Shown: piece by piece, positions 26,193 through 35,645 of the stretch
Position numbering within the stretch: position 1 is the first letter of the stretch
How the letters are laid out: each line of letters starts with the position of its first letter
Source: Patescibacteria group bacterium
Lineage (GTDB): Bacteria > Patescibacteriota > Patescibacteriia > Magasanikbacterales > UBA922
Length of the DNA: 64,000 bases
Assembly (NCBI GenBank): GCA_018823045.1
Contig: JAHJIX010000022.1
Span: 1,508-65,507 of the forward strand
Reading direction: 5' to 3'
Made by a program: the position numbers and the translations under genes
Notes under the pieces: model-generated
The model's input: the letters and a program-made list of their open reading frames with translations, nothing else
Database searches by the model: none
What the model was told of the DNA's origin: nothing

Positions 26193-28055
26193 TTATAATT
26201 CGTCACGAATAAGCTCTTTTAATGCACATAACATTTCTTTATACTTTTCTTGTTTTTTTGGAAATGCAATCAACTCATTTGAAATTTTCCAAAGAGCATA
26301 AGCAAAAAATATATTCTTTTTTACATCAACACCAAAAAGATCCACTTTACCATCTCCCCTAAAATTATCAATGATTGCTTTAAATTCAGCAAACCAAACT
26401 TGCTTACTATTAGTAATAATACAATAATCAATTAAGTCAAAATATCTAGAAGAAGAATTACTGTAATTTCCCCAATCAATTAAAACCAATTGAGAATCAT
26501 TCAATAACATATTACTACGATGACAATCCCCATGCGCAGAAGAAAAAGGAACTTTAAGCATATCTAAGATATTATTCCAAAAAGGTAGCTCACTCAGAGA
26601 ATACATTTCAATAAAACTCAATAAATCCTTTTTATTTAATAAGTCTCCAATTTTTTGTAATGGCCAATCCTTTTTATGTTGAAATGCTTTTGTAACATAA
26701 TTGATGATGATACTATTTTTATCTTTGTCATCTTCTATTTGTATATATCTTTTTGTACGTGAATATATTCCTCTATATACATATTTTGGGAGATAAGAAA
26801 TGAAAAAATCATCTTTCTTTATACATGTTATCTTATGATATTCCCGAAATAATTCTTTAAATCCTTTATAAGATGCAGCAATTTTATATACATGATGTTT
26901 AGCAGTAATTATAAAAAATCCATTTCCTTTTCTATACTGAAATACAAATTGCTTTCCTTTTATTTTTTTTAAGATAAATGGAAAGCAATAATTTATAATA
27001 ACAGACATAGATTCTTTGATATCAACATCACTTCTTACAATTAAACTATCATATTTAAATGCAGCCATCGTTTTATCCAGACGTTCTGATTCACAAATGA
27101 ATTTTTCATATGTTCCTTCTTTTTTTCTTTCCCATAATATGTTAAGATCACCTGTTAACATAATGATACCTTTGGGTTTTGGTAAAAGAAACATCATCAA
27201 CTTATAAGAAAAAATTCGCAAAATCATTGCAAAATTTAATGATTTTTTGTTTGGGAACTTTAACCGAGGATCTAATGGATATCTATCTGAAATAAGAAAT
27301 TGATGTTTAGTTAACGTTTTAGCACGTAAATATCTAAACCACATATCAAAAGGAAGCACCAAATGAAAAAAAGGAAAAGACAATTTTTCACAAAATGAAA
27401 AAAAATAATTATTCCATCCAAGATATACAGTTGTATTAAATAACGGTATTTCTTCTTTAACTTTATTAATCAACGTAGATTTTCCAGCTCCATCTACCCC
27501 AATAAACACCAGCAAATTTACAGGCTTAAATAACAATATTATTTTGTGTAATGTAAATATACATGCATGTATATTTCTTTGTAAAACATACCTTTTCTCA
27601 TGTAATTCATCCATAGAAACATTGGCTTGCCTATCTCCTTTATCCAAATGACGGTGATACAAAAATAATACCGAAGCATCCACCTTATTTGGAATATATA
27701 TATTTTCTTTTTTTATTCTATTTTCCAAAACAGTCTCTACTTTATTTAAACAAAAAAATCGTTTTTTACCAAAAATCAACTTGGTTTGGATATCAAAACA
27801 AATAATTTTTTTTTCAATATTATCAATATAAATGTACTCTTCATGTCTCCAATCAATAGTAGGAAAGCTTCTTGAAATAAACCCAAACTCTTTTAGAATC
27901 TTTATAAGTTTCTTTTTTTGTTTAGGATTTACGAGTATATCAATATCTTTTTGTTCATTTAATTGCTCTATTGGATCATAATGTCTCATGACAACATAAA
28001 GAATACCTGCATCGTTTAACAGCTTAAAAATATGTTGTAATGATATTGATAACAT
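26193..28055 (-). CDS. Multidomain protein: N-terminal unknown domain + P-loop NTP-binding domain + C-terminal aminoglycoside-phosphotransferase/choline-kinase-like (APH/ChoK) domain
   Basis: 620 aa. Walker A VFIGVDGAGKSTLINKV sits around residue 180. The C-terminal APH/ChoK catalytic motif is HGDCHRSNMLLNDSQLVLIDWGN (HGDxHxxN ... D). Confidence 0.5.
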   Translation of the reverse strand: MLSISLQHIFKLLNDAGILYVVMRHYDPIEQLNEQKDIDILVNPKQKKKLIKILKEFGFISRSFPTIDWRHEEYIYIDNIEKKIICFDIQTKLIFGKKRFFCLNKVETVLENRIKKENIYIPNKVDASVLFLYHRHLDKGDRQANVSMDELHEKRYVLQRNIHACIFTLHKIILLFKPVNLLVFIGVDGAGKSTLINKVKEEIPLFNTTVYLGWNNYFFSFCEKLSFPFFHLVLPFDMWFRYLRAKTLTKHQFLISDRYPLDPRLKFPNKKSLNFAMILRIFSYKLMMFLLPKPKGIIMLTGDLNILWERKKEGTYEKFICESERLDKTMAAFKYDSLIVRSDVDIKESMSVIINYCFPFILKKIKGKQFVFQYRKGNGFFIITAKHHVYKIAASYKGFKELFREYHKITCIKKDDFFISYLPKYVYRGIYSRTKRYIQIEDDKDKNSIIINYVTKAFQHKKDWPLQKIGDLLNKKDLLSFIEMYSLSELPFWNNILDMLKVPFSSAHGDCHRSNMLLNDSQLVLIDWGNYSNSSSRYFDLIDYCIITNSKQVWFAEFKAIIDNFRGDGKVDLFGVDVKKNIFFAYALWKISNELIAFPKKQEKYKEMLCALKELIRDEL

Positions 28056-28066
28056 ATCTGTCTGAC

Positions 28067-29284
28067 CTATCTCCTTTTAAGAATTTTTTCTCTTAAATTG
28101 AATACATAATGAAATAATCCTACTCGCTTAAGGGTGTCAATTATAAACTGTTTAACATTATTTCTATAAATTGTATATCGAGAATATGGATATCGTTTCA
28201 ACATCTTTTTTATGTTCTTTAAAGCATTTATTGTATCTATATGCAAAGAATCGTCCGACAACTCATTATCTACTAACTGCTTAAATTCAATCCAATCTTT
28301 CCGTTTCATTCTAATATGTTTACCCCAAAACTCATTATCATGATTTGATTTTCTTTGTAAAAGAACTAATTTTCCTATTGCATCGTATTTACGACAAATA
28401 TTCATAAATACAGGAATTTCTTTATATGTTTCATTATTAAAACTTGCATTAAAAATCAATGTAAATGGTTTCTTTTTTCTAATATCAGCTAATATCTCAA
28501 TATTTTTATGTAATAACTCCCAATTTCCATTTACACGATACTTTTCATATGTTTCTTTTGAAAATCCATCTAAAGAAACCGCAATTTTTGCAATTTTCAC
28601 TTTATTTAAATATTCAATAGTCCGTTGTGCAAAAATATTAGCATTAGTAGTTGTATATAACACACATTCAGGATTAATGTTTAACATACTTTGCATAATT
28701 TCATATGTTTCAGGAAACAAAAATGGTTCTCCACCAAATGGATTGAAAATTTGCAATGTAGGCATAACTTCTTTTACTTTTTCTACAGTAGTTTTATCTA
28801 ATCGATCACATTTTTTTTCTCTATATTGATCTTGATTACAATGATAACAATTTAAATTACATTTATAGCTTGGAGTATATTTTAATTTTCTTACCTTACT
28901 CTTTAACTCAATATCCCCATTCCAAATTTCTTGCTCATTTAATTCTGCATTTTTTCGCACCAAAGAATCTTTTGGTAATTTTTTATATATATCATAATCT
29001 TCCCAATGGTTCATCCCTAACTGTACTGGACAAAGCTGACAAGTTTTTTTGACACCACAAGTAGTCATCTTTTTACGAAAATCCTTGAACTCTTTACTAT
29101 TCCTAATCTCATCTATTGATTGTTTATTTATATTACCCATTATTGCCCCCGGTAAGTAACAACATGGTGCAACATTCCCATCTGGATAAATATCAAAACT
29201 TGTCCATAAATGGGCACATACTGTTTTTCCATGCTTATTTTTTACGAGCATTGGTGATGCTGTTGATTTTTCTTTTGAAGTCAT
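28067..29284 (-). CDS. Radical SAM enzyme with an N-terminal SPASM/twitch-like cysteine-rich domain
   Basis: 405 aa. The radical SAM CxxxCxxC is YKCNLNCYHC near residue 140. The preceding N-terminal ~100 aa contains FDIYPDGNVAPCCYLPGAIMGNINKQSIDEI and TCGVKKTCQLCP. This resembles the SPASM consensus (dG.v.PC....GNi...sl.eiw ... C..C), which is normally C-terminal. Confidence 0.6.
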   Translation of the reverse strand: MTSKEKSTASPMLVKNKHGKTVCAHLWTSFDIYPDGNVAPCCYLPGAIMGNINKQSIDEIRNSKEFKDFRKKMTTCGVKKTCQLCPVQLGMNHWEDYDIYKKLPKDSLVRKNAELNEQEIWNGDIELKSKVRKLKYTPSYKCNLNCYHCNQDQYREKKCDRLDKTTVEKVKEVMPTLQIFNPFGGEPFLFPETYEIMQSMLNINPECVLYTTTNANIFAQRTIEYLNKVKIAKIAVSLDGFSKETYEKYRVNGNWELLHKNIEILADIRKKKPFTLIFNASFNNETYKEIPVFMNICRKYDAIGKLVLLQRKSNHDNEFWGKHIRMKRKDWIEFKQLVDNELSDDSLHIDTINALKNIKKMLKRYPYSRYTIYRNNVKQFIIDTLKRVGLFHYVFNLREKILKRR

Positions 29285-29294
29285 AGCAATAAAA

Positions 29295-30830
29295 TTATTG
29301 TGATAAATTATATGTTATTATATATTCTATATATTCTGCCCATTTTAAAAATTCTTCCTTATCACCCGCATGAAGTTTTGTATAATCTAACTCTATTCCA
29401 CAATCCATGACAGCAGTAATATATGCCATTAATGCATTATCGTATGTTTTTTCAGTATAATCAATAGATGAGATTTCTTGAAATAATGCAGATAAAGCAG
29501 TGAAATCTGTAATATGATAAATCTGAGGTAAATCTATAATCAAATCATTTCCAAACACAATAGATGGTTTTTTTAATATTGCCGCCTCAAAAGAACTGGT
29601 CCCAGTTGCTGTAACCACTGCAGTACATTTTGGTAGTACATCAGCAGATGTGTACTTATAATCAATAAACGTTACATTTGGCAAGCTCATTATTTTTTTA
29701 TAATACCCCGGTTTTCTTTTACCAAGCATGGCAGGGTGTTCCTTTACATATAAACTATATTCACCTGGTAGAGATTTTGCAACCATACGTACTAACTCAA
29801 GCTGATTTGTAAAATAAGGTGCTTGAACCAATGTATGAGCTTCTGGTTCATATTGTAATGGAAAATAAATAAATTTGTCTGATTTACTTATTTGATGAAA
29901 TGTTATCTTACGAAAGAATGCTATCGCCTGATATTCCCAAATAATTGTTTTACTTTTAATAAATGGACCAATATTATCTAAATGTTTAAACTTATTTCGA
30001 GCATCTACCTTAACTATCCAACGATATAAATATTTACTAAAATATAATGGTAATAAAAATATTTTTTTAATGGCTTGTTTATATTCTTTATCTAAATGTT
30101 TATTTTTTTCAGAAGCATAATCGGGAATATCTAATTGTTGCCTATTTTTATTAATATAATCAATAGCTTTTTGATAATTATTTGAGGAAGTTATATCATT
30201 TAAATTTTTTTGATAACATTTTTCTACTCTTTTAGGTAAAAGATATTCAGGGATATCATGTTCAAAATGATATCCTTTTACCTTTGTATCTCCTATTCCA
30301 AACATATATACACCATGTTTTTTGGCATAATGATATAATAAAATATGGTACATCGTCACAAAACTATGAGTAAAAATCACATCAGGATTATATTCATGAA
30401 AAACATTTTTTATATGAACAAAAAATATTTTAACTAAATTTATCATAACTTCATCAGAAACTGTCTTTCTGTATCGAAATAATGGATAAGTCCTCATATC
30501 ATATACAAGAGAACGAACTGTCCCTATAATCTCCCAAATACTTTTTATTCCTAATTCTTTTTCAATTTTATCAATAGAAATAGATGGTACATTCTTAGGA
30601 TCTAAAGCATCGTTCCATAATGCATCAAGTAAATGTAATTCTTTATATTCAATATCACTCTGTTTCTTTAAAAAATCAAAAGTTCCTTCACCATGTACTA
30701 AACCAACATATTGACTATCAGGATATTTTGATTTTAATACCCGTAACAACGGATGCCCTAACTGAACTCCCCAACCACGAGATAATACAACTAACATTCG
30801 TTTTGAAAATTTTTTCTGCGTTTTATTCAT
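29295..30830 (-). CDS. Capsule-polysaccharide-biosynthesis family protein (KpsS/KpsC/LpsZ-like glycosyl/phospho-transferase)
   Basis: 511 aa. The C-terminal motif LPKCTAVVTATGTSSFEAAILKKPSIVFG resembles the Capsule_synth family core (vvt.nS..G.EAl..gkPv..fG). Confidence 0.45.
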   Translation of the reverse strand: MNKTQKKFSKRMLVVLSRGWGVQLGHPLLRVLKSKYPDSQYVGLVHGEGTFDFLKKQSDIEYKELHLLDALWNDALDPKNVPSISIDKIEKELGIKSIWEIIGTVRSLVYDMRTYPLFRYRKTVSDEVMINLVKIFFVHIKNVFHEYNPDVIFTHSFVTMYHILLYHYAKKHGVYMFGIGDTKVKGYHFEHDIPEYLLPKRVEKCYQKNLNDITSSNNYQKAIDYINKNRQQLDIPDYASEKNKHLDKEYKQAIKKIFLLPLYFSKYLYRWIVKVDARNKFKHLDNIGPFIKSKTIIWEYQAIAFFRKITFHQISKSDKFIYFPLQYEPEAHTLVQAPYFTNQLELVRMVAKSLPGEYSLYVKEHPAMLGKRKPGYYKKIMSLPNVTFIDYKYTSADVLPKCTAVVTATGTSSFEAAILKKPSIVFGNDLIIDLPQIYHITDFTALSALFQEISSIDYTEKTYDNALMAYITAVMDCGIELDYTKLHAGDKEEFLKWAEYIEYIITYNLSQ

Positions 30831-31794
30831 ATTTTAAAAATTGTATAATCTCTTCTACCTTGTTATTTAAACCATGTACAGGAAAAGCCAAACACTGCTT
30901 ATAATCAACTACCCATGGACATTCTGATATATTGAAATGATATATCGATGTTTCTATATTAAATGTCCTCGCTAACTCTGATTTAATTTTTAATAAATCA
31001 TTTCGGTCATAACCTATATATAATGGAACTAACCCAGGGGCAATACCACGGTTAAATGATTGAATCATCCACTCTTTCCATGTAGAAGCTAAATGACTAT
31101 CTATGATATTTTTTACGTTACATCTTCTTAATCTAGATTCATGTAATAATGCAGCCGAAACATCATTATTATCTAACCATATATCAACTTCCTCATCTAA
31201 ATATATTTTTTCTGCTTTTAAAAAAGTATTTCTCACAATAGTATTAACATCTGTAAATCCAGTAATATCCAAATTTTTGTGATTTTTATCCGATGTAAAT
31301 TCAACATATTTACCATTATACTTTAATAAACCACCACTCTTTAAACCCAATGTTTTTGATAAACTTCGTACTTCATAATGTGCTTGAATATACGGCATAC
31401 TCTCATCCAACATATGCGCTGAATCTACTTCATCGCATATAACAGGAATATCTCCAAATATAGAATGATATTCTGTCCAGTCTATATTTGGGGTCCATCC
31501 CCACTGAGAATAGAGTAAGATACTATCCACTGAAATACTACAATTTACAACCTCTTTAATTGGTATTGGGGTTGCTACTTTAGCAATAGCGCTTAATACA
31601 CAATGTGAACTCCATTCAGGAACGGCTACTCTACTACTTCGATCTAAACCCATATGACATAGTGCTGCTGTCAATGCTTGACGACCACTTGGAAATACAT
31701 TTTTCTTCATTATTTGTTTATCAGAAAATGACAATATTGGCCGATCTCTCCATAGGCTTACTTTTACATTATTTTTTTTCTGATTCATGATCAT
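30823..31794 (-). CDS. Hypothetical protein (weak resemblance to the N-terminal PLP-fold region of DegT-type sugar aminotransferases)
   Basis: 323 aa. PSGRQALTAALCHMGLDRSSRVAVPEWSSHCVLSAIA recalls the sGt.AL.lAl..lg...gdeV..P region of the DegT family. No clear PLP-lysine motif was seen. Confidence 0.35.
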   Translation of the reverse strand: MIMNQKKNNVKVSLWRDRPILSFSDKQIMKKNVFPSGRQALTAALCHMGLDRSSRVAVPEWSSHCVLSAIAKVATPIPIKEVVNCSISVDSILLYSQWGWTPNIDWTEYHSIFGDIPVICDEVDSAHMLDESMPYIQAHYEVRSLSKTLGLKSGGLLKYNGKYVEFTSDKNHKNLDITGFTDVNTIVRNTFLKAEKIYLDEEVDIWLDNNDVSAALLHESRLRRCNVKNIIDSHLASTWKEWMIQSFNRGIAPGLVPLYIGYDRNDLLKIKSELARTFNIETSIYHFNISECPWVVDYKQCLAFPVHGLNNKVEEIIQFLKYE

Positions 31795-31799
31795 AACAG

Positions 31800-32780
31800 C
31801 TATTCTTTATCATCAGCACTTAATTTTGATTCTTCTAAAATCTTCAAGACAGCCAAAGCATCCTCACCTGTTCCATAGGGTGCTATACCATCTTTTATAT
31901 ACGAAATGACATGATCAATCGAAGATGAAATCATGCTACGTGGTTCACCATCACGTTCTATTTCTTTATTTAACTCAAAAAAACCAGGGAAATGTTCACT
32001 ATTTATTTTTTCTCTATACTGAACTTCAAAACCTAAATTGCTCATAGAAATCATTCCTTTCTCTCCAAAGATGGTAAAACCAAAATGACCATAATTTTTT
32101 GATAGAGAATGCATACTTAATCTCAAGCCATTTTCAAATAATAAATCTGCGTCAATATTTTTATCATCTGGATTACTGCTTGTTTTTTCATTATATCTCG
32201 CTGAAACAGACTTCACTTCTCCACAAAACACTCGCATGATGTCTATTAAATGTGTTCCATTATTAAAAAACCCATTATAATAATATGCATGCCCTTGATA
32301 TAATTCCCCGAGTAAACCATTTTTTACTTTTCCTGCCCACTCTTGTAACAATGGATCAAAATGTCTTTGATGATTCACAAATAATTGTATACCTTTTTCT
32401 TTACACAATTGAACCATTTTCTCTCCATCTTCTATAGAATATGCTAATGGCTTTTCACACAAAATCACTTTAGGCTTATATGGAACAATCTGAAAAAGAT
32501 GCTCCGCATGATACTGTGAAGGTGTTGCAATTGATACTATTTCTGGCTGATGATGTTTAAATAATTCTTCAATACTTTCAAAAATATCAACATGTTCATA
32601 CTCTTTCTGTAAATATTCCCGTCGATCTTCATTTATTTCTACAATACCAACAAGATCAACATCTTCATGTAGACGATATGCATCAGCATGACTACCAGGC
32701 CGTACTGATTTACTATAATTTGCAACACCAGCACCGATATTTCCTCCACCGATAACAGCTGCTGTTATTTTCTGTATCAT
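31800..32780 (-). CDS. Gfo/Idh/MocA-family NAD(P)-dependent oxidoreductase
   Basis: 326 aa. N-terminal Rossmann motif AAVIGGGNIGAGV. The conserved EKP motif is ILCEKPLA. Confidence 0.8.
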   Translation of the reverse strand: MIQKITAAVIGGGNIGAGVANYSKSVRPGSHADAYRLHEDVDLVGIVEINEDRREYLQKEYEHVDIFESIEELFKHHQPEIVSIATPSQYHAEHLFQIVPYKPKVILCEKPLAYSIEDGEKMVQLCKEKGIQLFVNHQRHFDPLLQEWAGKVKNGLLGELYQGHAYYYNGFFNNGTHLIDIMRVFCGEVKSVSARYNEKTSSNPDDKNIDADLLFENGLRLSMHSLSKNYGHFGFTIFGEKGMISMSNLGFEVQYREKINSEHFPGFFELNKEIERDGEPRSMISSSIDHVISYIKDGIAPYGTGEDALAVLKILEESKLSADDKE

Positions 32781-33511
32781 ATTTTAATAATCAATAAATC
32801 TTTTCTAGAATTAGCAAATGGAAGTGCTTTTGGCTGTTCTAAAAAATAAAATTTAATATTAGGTATATCTTTTAAAATATTTTCTAAAAAAATTTGAGTA
32901 TAATTTACACCCTTAACTTGACTTATATTTATCCCCTTTTTTGTATATATATACCGCAATAATCGTTTATCAAAAAAATACTTTTGATTAAGAAAAAAAT
33001 TTTTAATAGTTTTCTTTTCTCTTTCTTTCAAAAGAGATGCATGCTTTTCTTTTAATGGAATATCACCAATTAAAATTTTTCCATCAGAATTAGTAATACG
33101 AATCAATTCTAAAATTAATCCCTCAATATATTCTTTTTTATCTAAATAATGAACAACACTGTAACAAACTATTTTATCAAACTCACTATCTTTAAATGGT
33201 AAATCTTGATTAATATCAACTATTTTATATACAACATTACTAAATTTACTTAATTTTTTTTTTGCAACAGATATCGTTTGCTCTGCCATGTCAGCCAAAC
33301 ATACCTGATGACATTTTTCAAGTAAATATTTTGTAATATTTCCACAACCCCCTCCTAAATCAAGCAAAATATCTTTTGAGGAAATAGTCAATTTTTCATG
33401 GACATCTCGAACGATTTTCTTTTCAACAAATATATGAAAAAACATCCTTCCACCATTTAAGTGTTTACTTGTTTTTTGAGCTAAATCATTAAAAAAATCA
33501 ATATTTGTCAT
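32777..33511 (-). CDS. Class I SAM-dependent methyltransferase
   Basis: 244 aa. SAM motif ILLDLGGGCGNITKYL and the downstream acidic motif VCLADM. Confidence 0.7.
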   Translation of the reverse strand: MTNIDFFNDLAQKTSKHLNGGRMFFHIFVEKKIVRDVHEKLTISSKDILLDLGGGCGNITKYLLEKCHQVCLADMAEQTISVAKKKLSKFSNVVYKIVDINQDLPFKDSEFDKIVCYSVVHYLDKKEYIEGLILELIRITNSDGKILIGDIPLKEKHASLLKEREKKTIKNFFLNQKYFFDKRLLRYIYTKKGINISQVKGVNYTQIFLENILKDIPNIKFYFLEQPKALPFANSRKDLLIIKI

Positions 33512-33524
33512 AACACTGAATTTA

Positions 33525-34094
33525 TCATATTTTTACAAACATTTTTTGGTGTTCTTGATAAAATCTTTCATAATAATCATCTCTCAGTATTGCCATACGA
33601 ATAGAATCATAATATTGACTATTTCTGTATATATCCTCTTTTAAAATCCCTTCTTGCACGTAACCAGCTTTTGCATATGCTTTAGCAGCAGAAGCATTAG
33701 CAGACGTATACCCAAGATATATCCGATGCAAATTTAACCGATCAAATCCATAAAATGTTATTAATTCTGTAATCTCAGTTCCATATCCTTTCCCCCAATA
33801 TTCTTTCTCACCAATAATAATACGCATTTCTGCTTTTCTTGCAGTCTGGTGAATATTATATAACCCAACAATACCAATAAGTTTATTATCCTTTTTATCA
33901 AAAACAAGCATAATAACATTTTCTCCATCGAGATCTTCTTTAACCTGATTATTAACTTGTTGAAGGGTAATTGGCTTTTGACCTGTAAACATATACTGTG
34001 TCACTTCTGGATCGTTAAACCATTTATAAAGAGTAATATTATGTTCATCAGTATATGGTTGAAATATAATTCTATCTGTTTGTAAATATTCCAT
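33525..34094 (-). CDS. GNAT-family N-acetyltransferase (RimL/RimJ-like; candidate PseH-type sugar N-acetyltransferase)
   Basis: 189 aa. GNAT motif A is IIGEKEYWGKGYGTEITELI (Q/RxxGxG/A-like). It is embedded in the nonulosonic-acid pathway genes. Confidence 0.75.
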   Translation of the reverse strand: MEYLQTDRIIFQPYTDEHNITLYKWFNDPEVTQYMFTGQKPITLQQVNNQVKEDLDGENVIMLVFDKKDNKLIGIVGLYNIHQTARKAEMRIIIGEKEYWGKGYGTEITELITFYGFDRLNLHRIYLGYTSANASAAKAYAKAGYVQEGILKEDIYRNSQYYDSIRMAILRDDYYERFYQEHQKMFVKI

Positions 34095-34107
34095 ATTAGT
34101 CTAATAA

Positions 34108-34917
34108 TTATGACAAGTGAGATTGTTCTTTTAATTCATGAAATTCTGCACTACGAATATTATCTAAAATTCCTTGATCTATACGATTCTTATTAATAGC
34201 AACTAATGAAGGCTCTTTCTGCAATAATTCCAATATATCTTCTAAAAAAAACACTTTTCCTTCTTGATGTAAGCGTATTAATATTTGTTCTATCAGTTCT
34301 AAATCTTCAATATAGTCTAATGTCATTCGTAAATAAGACATATTTTTAGTATATGAAATATTTTTTATACGAAATTTATCTGGTTGCTCCATTATTGTTG
34401 TCGTAATCCATTCACGATATAAAGAATTATCTACTTCTGTATTTAAACGATCAAGCGTAGAAAATGGCATAACTTCAATATCTAATCCATCAGGATAAGT
34501 GGGTGGAAAAATATTTGTAATATGATCATACTCACCAATATTCGTTCTATATACACCAATAAGTGTATCAACAATATGGGGATCAATCAAGGGGCAGTCC
34601 CCTGTTACCCGCACAATAGCATCAGCATTAAATTTTTTTGCTGTTTGATATAATCTATCAACTAAATCAGCCTCTTTTCCTCTATAGATTCCTAATCCCA
34701 ACTCACCCGCAAGTATTTCCAAAGGATCATTTTCAGCTGTGTCAGAGGTACTTAATACTACCTGATCAACTTCTTTACAAAAAGACAAACGATATTTAAT
34801 CCATTCTATTGCGGTTTTTTTATGTATTTTTAGTAAGGCTTTTTGAGGTAAACGTGTAGAACCCATCCGGACCTGAATAACAGCCACTACCTTTTTTCTT
34901 ATATCAGTATTGCCCAT
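34108..34917 (-). CDS. Acylneuraminate/CMP-sugar cytidylyltransferase family protein (NeuA/PseF/KdsB-like), paralog 2
   Basis: 269 aa. The N-terminal VVAVIQVRMGSTRLPQKAL matches the CTP_transf_3 signature (iPAR.gSkrlp.Knl). Confidence 0.72.
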   Translation of the reverse strand: MGNTDIRKKVVAVIQVRMGSTRLPQKALLKIHKKTAIEWIKYRLSFCKEVDQVVLSTSDTAENDPLEILAGELGLGIYRGKEADLVDRLYQTAKKFNADAIVRVTGDCPLIDPHIVDTLIGVYRTNIGEYDHITNIFPPTYPDGLDIEVMPFSTLDRLNTEVDNSLYREWITTTIMEQPDKFRIKNISYTKNMSYLRMTLDYIEDLELIEQILIRLHQEGKVFFLEDILELLQKEPSLVAINKNRIDQGILDNIRSAEFHELKEQSHLS

Positions 34918-35644
34918 ATTTTTGTTTTATATGCTTATTTATGTCTATGAGTTCCTGATTGCTTTCTAACATATCAACAACGTACTCTATATCTAATTTA
35001 TCTGGGAACAATTGTTTATATAATAGCTGTATTAAAGCATAATCTTCTGGAGTATCAAGCGTAATCCGATACTGAGAATAATCTTTTATATATTCAACAT
35101 TATATGTTGAATATAACTTAGGATGTTTTCGTATATACAATGTCACATGTTCTCGATCCTCTTTTTCTAACGCTTTATGCCAGATACTTGATAAAACATC
35201 CCATGAAAATACTTCTGTATCTAACCCTCTGGGATATGTTCGTTTCCCTAATATATTAGCACAATAATCAACACCATTATCCAAATAAGCCTGAATCACT
35301 TTATCTACCTCAACAGAATCAATTAATGGACAATCTGACGTTATACGTATAATAACATCCGCATTATATTTTTTTGCTGCTTGATAATACCTATCTAAGA
35401 CATCATCTTCTGAACCACGATATATACCAACATCTTCATAATTCTTTTTTACAAATTCTTCAATAACATCATCTTCTTTTTTATTTGGAGCAGCAATGAC
35501 AATTTGAGTTATTAATTTAGAATAGTTTAAACGGTCTATAACTTGCCCTAACACCGTTTTTCCTTGTAAATCTAAAAATATCTTATTTGGAAGGCGTGTT
35601 GAGCCAGTTCTCGCTTGAACAATACATATAATTTTTTTATCCAT
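34904..35644 (-). CDS. Acylneuraminate/CMP-sugar cytidylyltransferase family protein (NeuA/PseF/KdsB-like), paralog 1
   Basis: 246 aa. N-terminal IICIVQARTGSTRLPNKIF. Overlaps paralog 2 by 14 nt, making a tandem pair. Confidence 0.72.
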   Translation of the reverse strand: MDKKIICIVQARTGSTRLPNKIFLDLQGKTVLGQVIDRLNYSKLITQIVIAAPNKKEDDVIEEFVKKNYEDVGIYRGSEDDVLDRYYQAAKKYNADVIIRITSDCPLIDSVEVDKVIQAYLDNGVDYCANILGKRTYPRGLDTEVFSWDVLSSIWHKALEKEDREHVTLYIRKHPKLYSTYNVEYIKDYSQYRITLDTPEDYALIQLLYKQLFPDKLDIEYVVDMLESNQELIDINKHIKQKYGQY

Positions 35645-35645
35645 A

